Translations under genes and position numbers: made by a program
Notes under the pieces: generated by a model
Database searches by the model: none
Seen by the model: only the letters and a program-made list of their open reading frames with translations
Told to the model about the DNA's origin: nothing
Source: Desulfovibrio sp.
Lineage (GTDB): Bacteria > Desulfobacterota > Desulfovibrionia > Desulfovibrionales > Desulfovibrionaceae
Direction of reading: 5' to 3'
Length of the DNA: 61,203 nt
NCBI GenBank assembly: GCA_031260965.1
Contig: JAISKK010000012.1
Location: 1-61,203 of the forward strand
Part shown: positions 60,560 to 61,203 of the stretch, piece after piece
Position numbering within the stretch: the first letter of the stretch is position 1
Layout: each line of letters begins with the position of its first letter

Positions 60560-61203
60560 ATGATTACTGAGAATACTCGCAACGGTTTAATCGCAAGCGC
60601 TTCGGCTGTTTCTTCAATGCATGTGCGCCCGTCAAATAACGGAGCGCTGGTGACGGTAAGCGTTCCGCGCGCCGGTCATTTTATTCTGGATTTTGATCCG
60701 GCCGACCTGCAAGCTGTCAGCCGGCAAAGCAACGATTTGGTTTTTACCTTCCCGGGTGGCGGCACAACCGTGCTGCATGATTTTTTCACCATTGTCGCTG
60801 AAAGCGGGGGAATGGATTTTGTGCTGCCCGATGGAACAGAGATGGCAGTCAAAGATTTTTTGCATGACTATGATATAGAAACAGCCTCCGGCCTCACAGC
60901 TTCCAATACCGGCGGCGCCGGCGCCTATAACGATGACCCCGGCGCGCTGGTTGACGGGGTAGATAAGCTTGGCGCCCTTGGTAAAGTGAGCTGGTCCAGC
61001 CTGGATCTGTTCCAAGAAGATATCATTCTGCCCAGTGCGAATGCAAATCAAAGCGGCTTAGTGGGAACAACCGGCAATATCAAAGAACTGATCGTCGGAC
61101 CGGTGGACCCGGATACCGGCAATCCGATTGCCGCGGGCGGCGCGGCCGCCACGGTGGAAGAGGGCGGCGACCTGGTCTTTACGATTGGCCAGAACGCGGC
61201 CAG
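60560..61203 (+). CDS. N-terminus of a large surface adhesin, probable T1SS/RTX substrate (runs off window)
   Basis: Manually translated open frame MITENTRN..LDFDPADL..SRQSNDLVFTF..VLHDFF..LPDGTEM..DIETASG..GGAGAYNDDPGALVDGVDKLG..TVEEGGDLVFTI; no Sec signal; not in the ORF track. Confidence 0.75.
   Translation, partial: MITENTRNGLIASASAVSSMHVRPSNNGALVTVSVPRAGHFILDFDPADLQAVSRQSNDLVFTFPGGGTTVLHDFFTIVAESGGMDFVLPDGTEMAVKDFLHDYDIETASGLTASNTGGAGAYNDDPGALVDGVDKLGALGKVSWSSLDLFQEDIILPSANANQSGLVGTTGNIKELIVGPVDPDTGNPIAAGGAAATVEEGGDLVFTIGQNAA

Overview
About 61 kb of mostly core chromosome from a Desulfovibrionaceae-like deltaproteobacterium. The lineage is inferred from the Desulfovibrio-type homotrimeric porin, the Cx4C rubredoxin-like protein, hypD-hypE, zraSR-zraP and the adhesin N-terminus. 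Housekeeping genes include groESL, rlpA, a NeuB-family synthase, an S1 paralogue, a TRAP-TAXI transporter, ddl, comM, cysK with a cystathionine synthase/lyase and an Rrf2 regulator, mnmA, fliM, fur, xseB, hypDE, argJ, glk, cbpA, argFGH and tag. Two genes missing from the ORF track run off the edges: a porin (<1..1074, minus) and a large adhesin (60560..>61203, plus). The most notable observations are: (i) an orphan protein built of about 14 tandem 27-aa His/Trp 'short ankyrin-like' repeats, preceded by a strongly structured intergenic segment; (ii) a solitary tyrosine integrase bracketed by a 22-bp direct repeat between the porin and groEL; (iii) a flagellin-domain protein lacking canonical termini behind a sigma28-like promoter; (iv) an MBL-GAF-HD-GYP fusion paired with a CHASE2 adenylate cyclase; (v) a methyltransferase with an in-frame TGA at codon 8 followed by a hairpin; (vi) a tandemly duplicated promoter upstream of a pseudo-receiver/TPR gene. 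I found no rRNA, tRNA or CRISPR array. All family calls are by motif recognition, with no database search.
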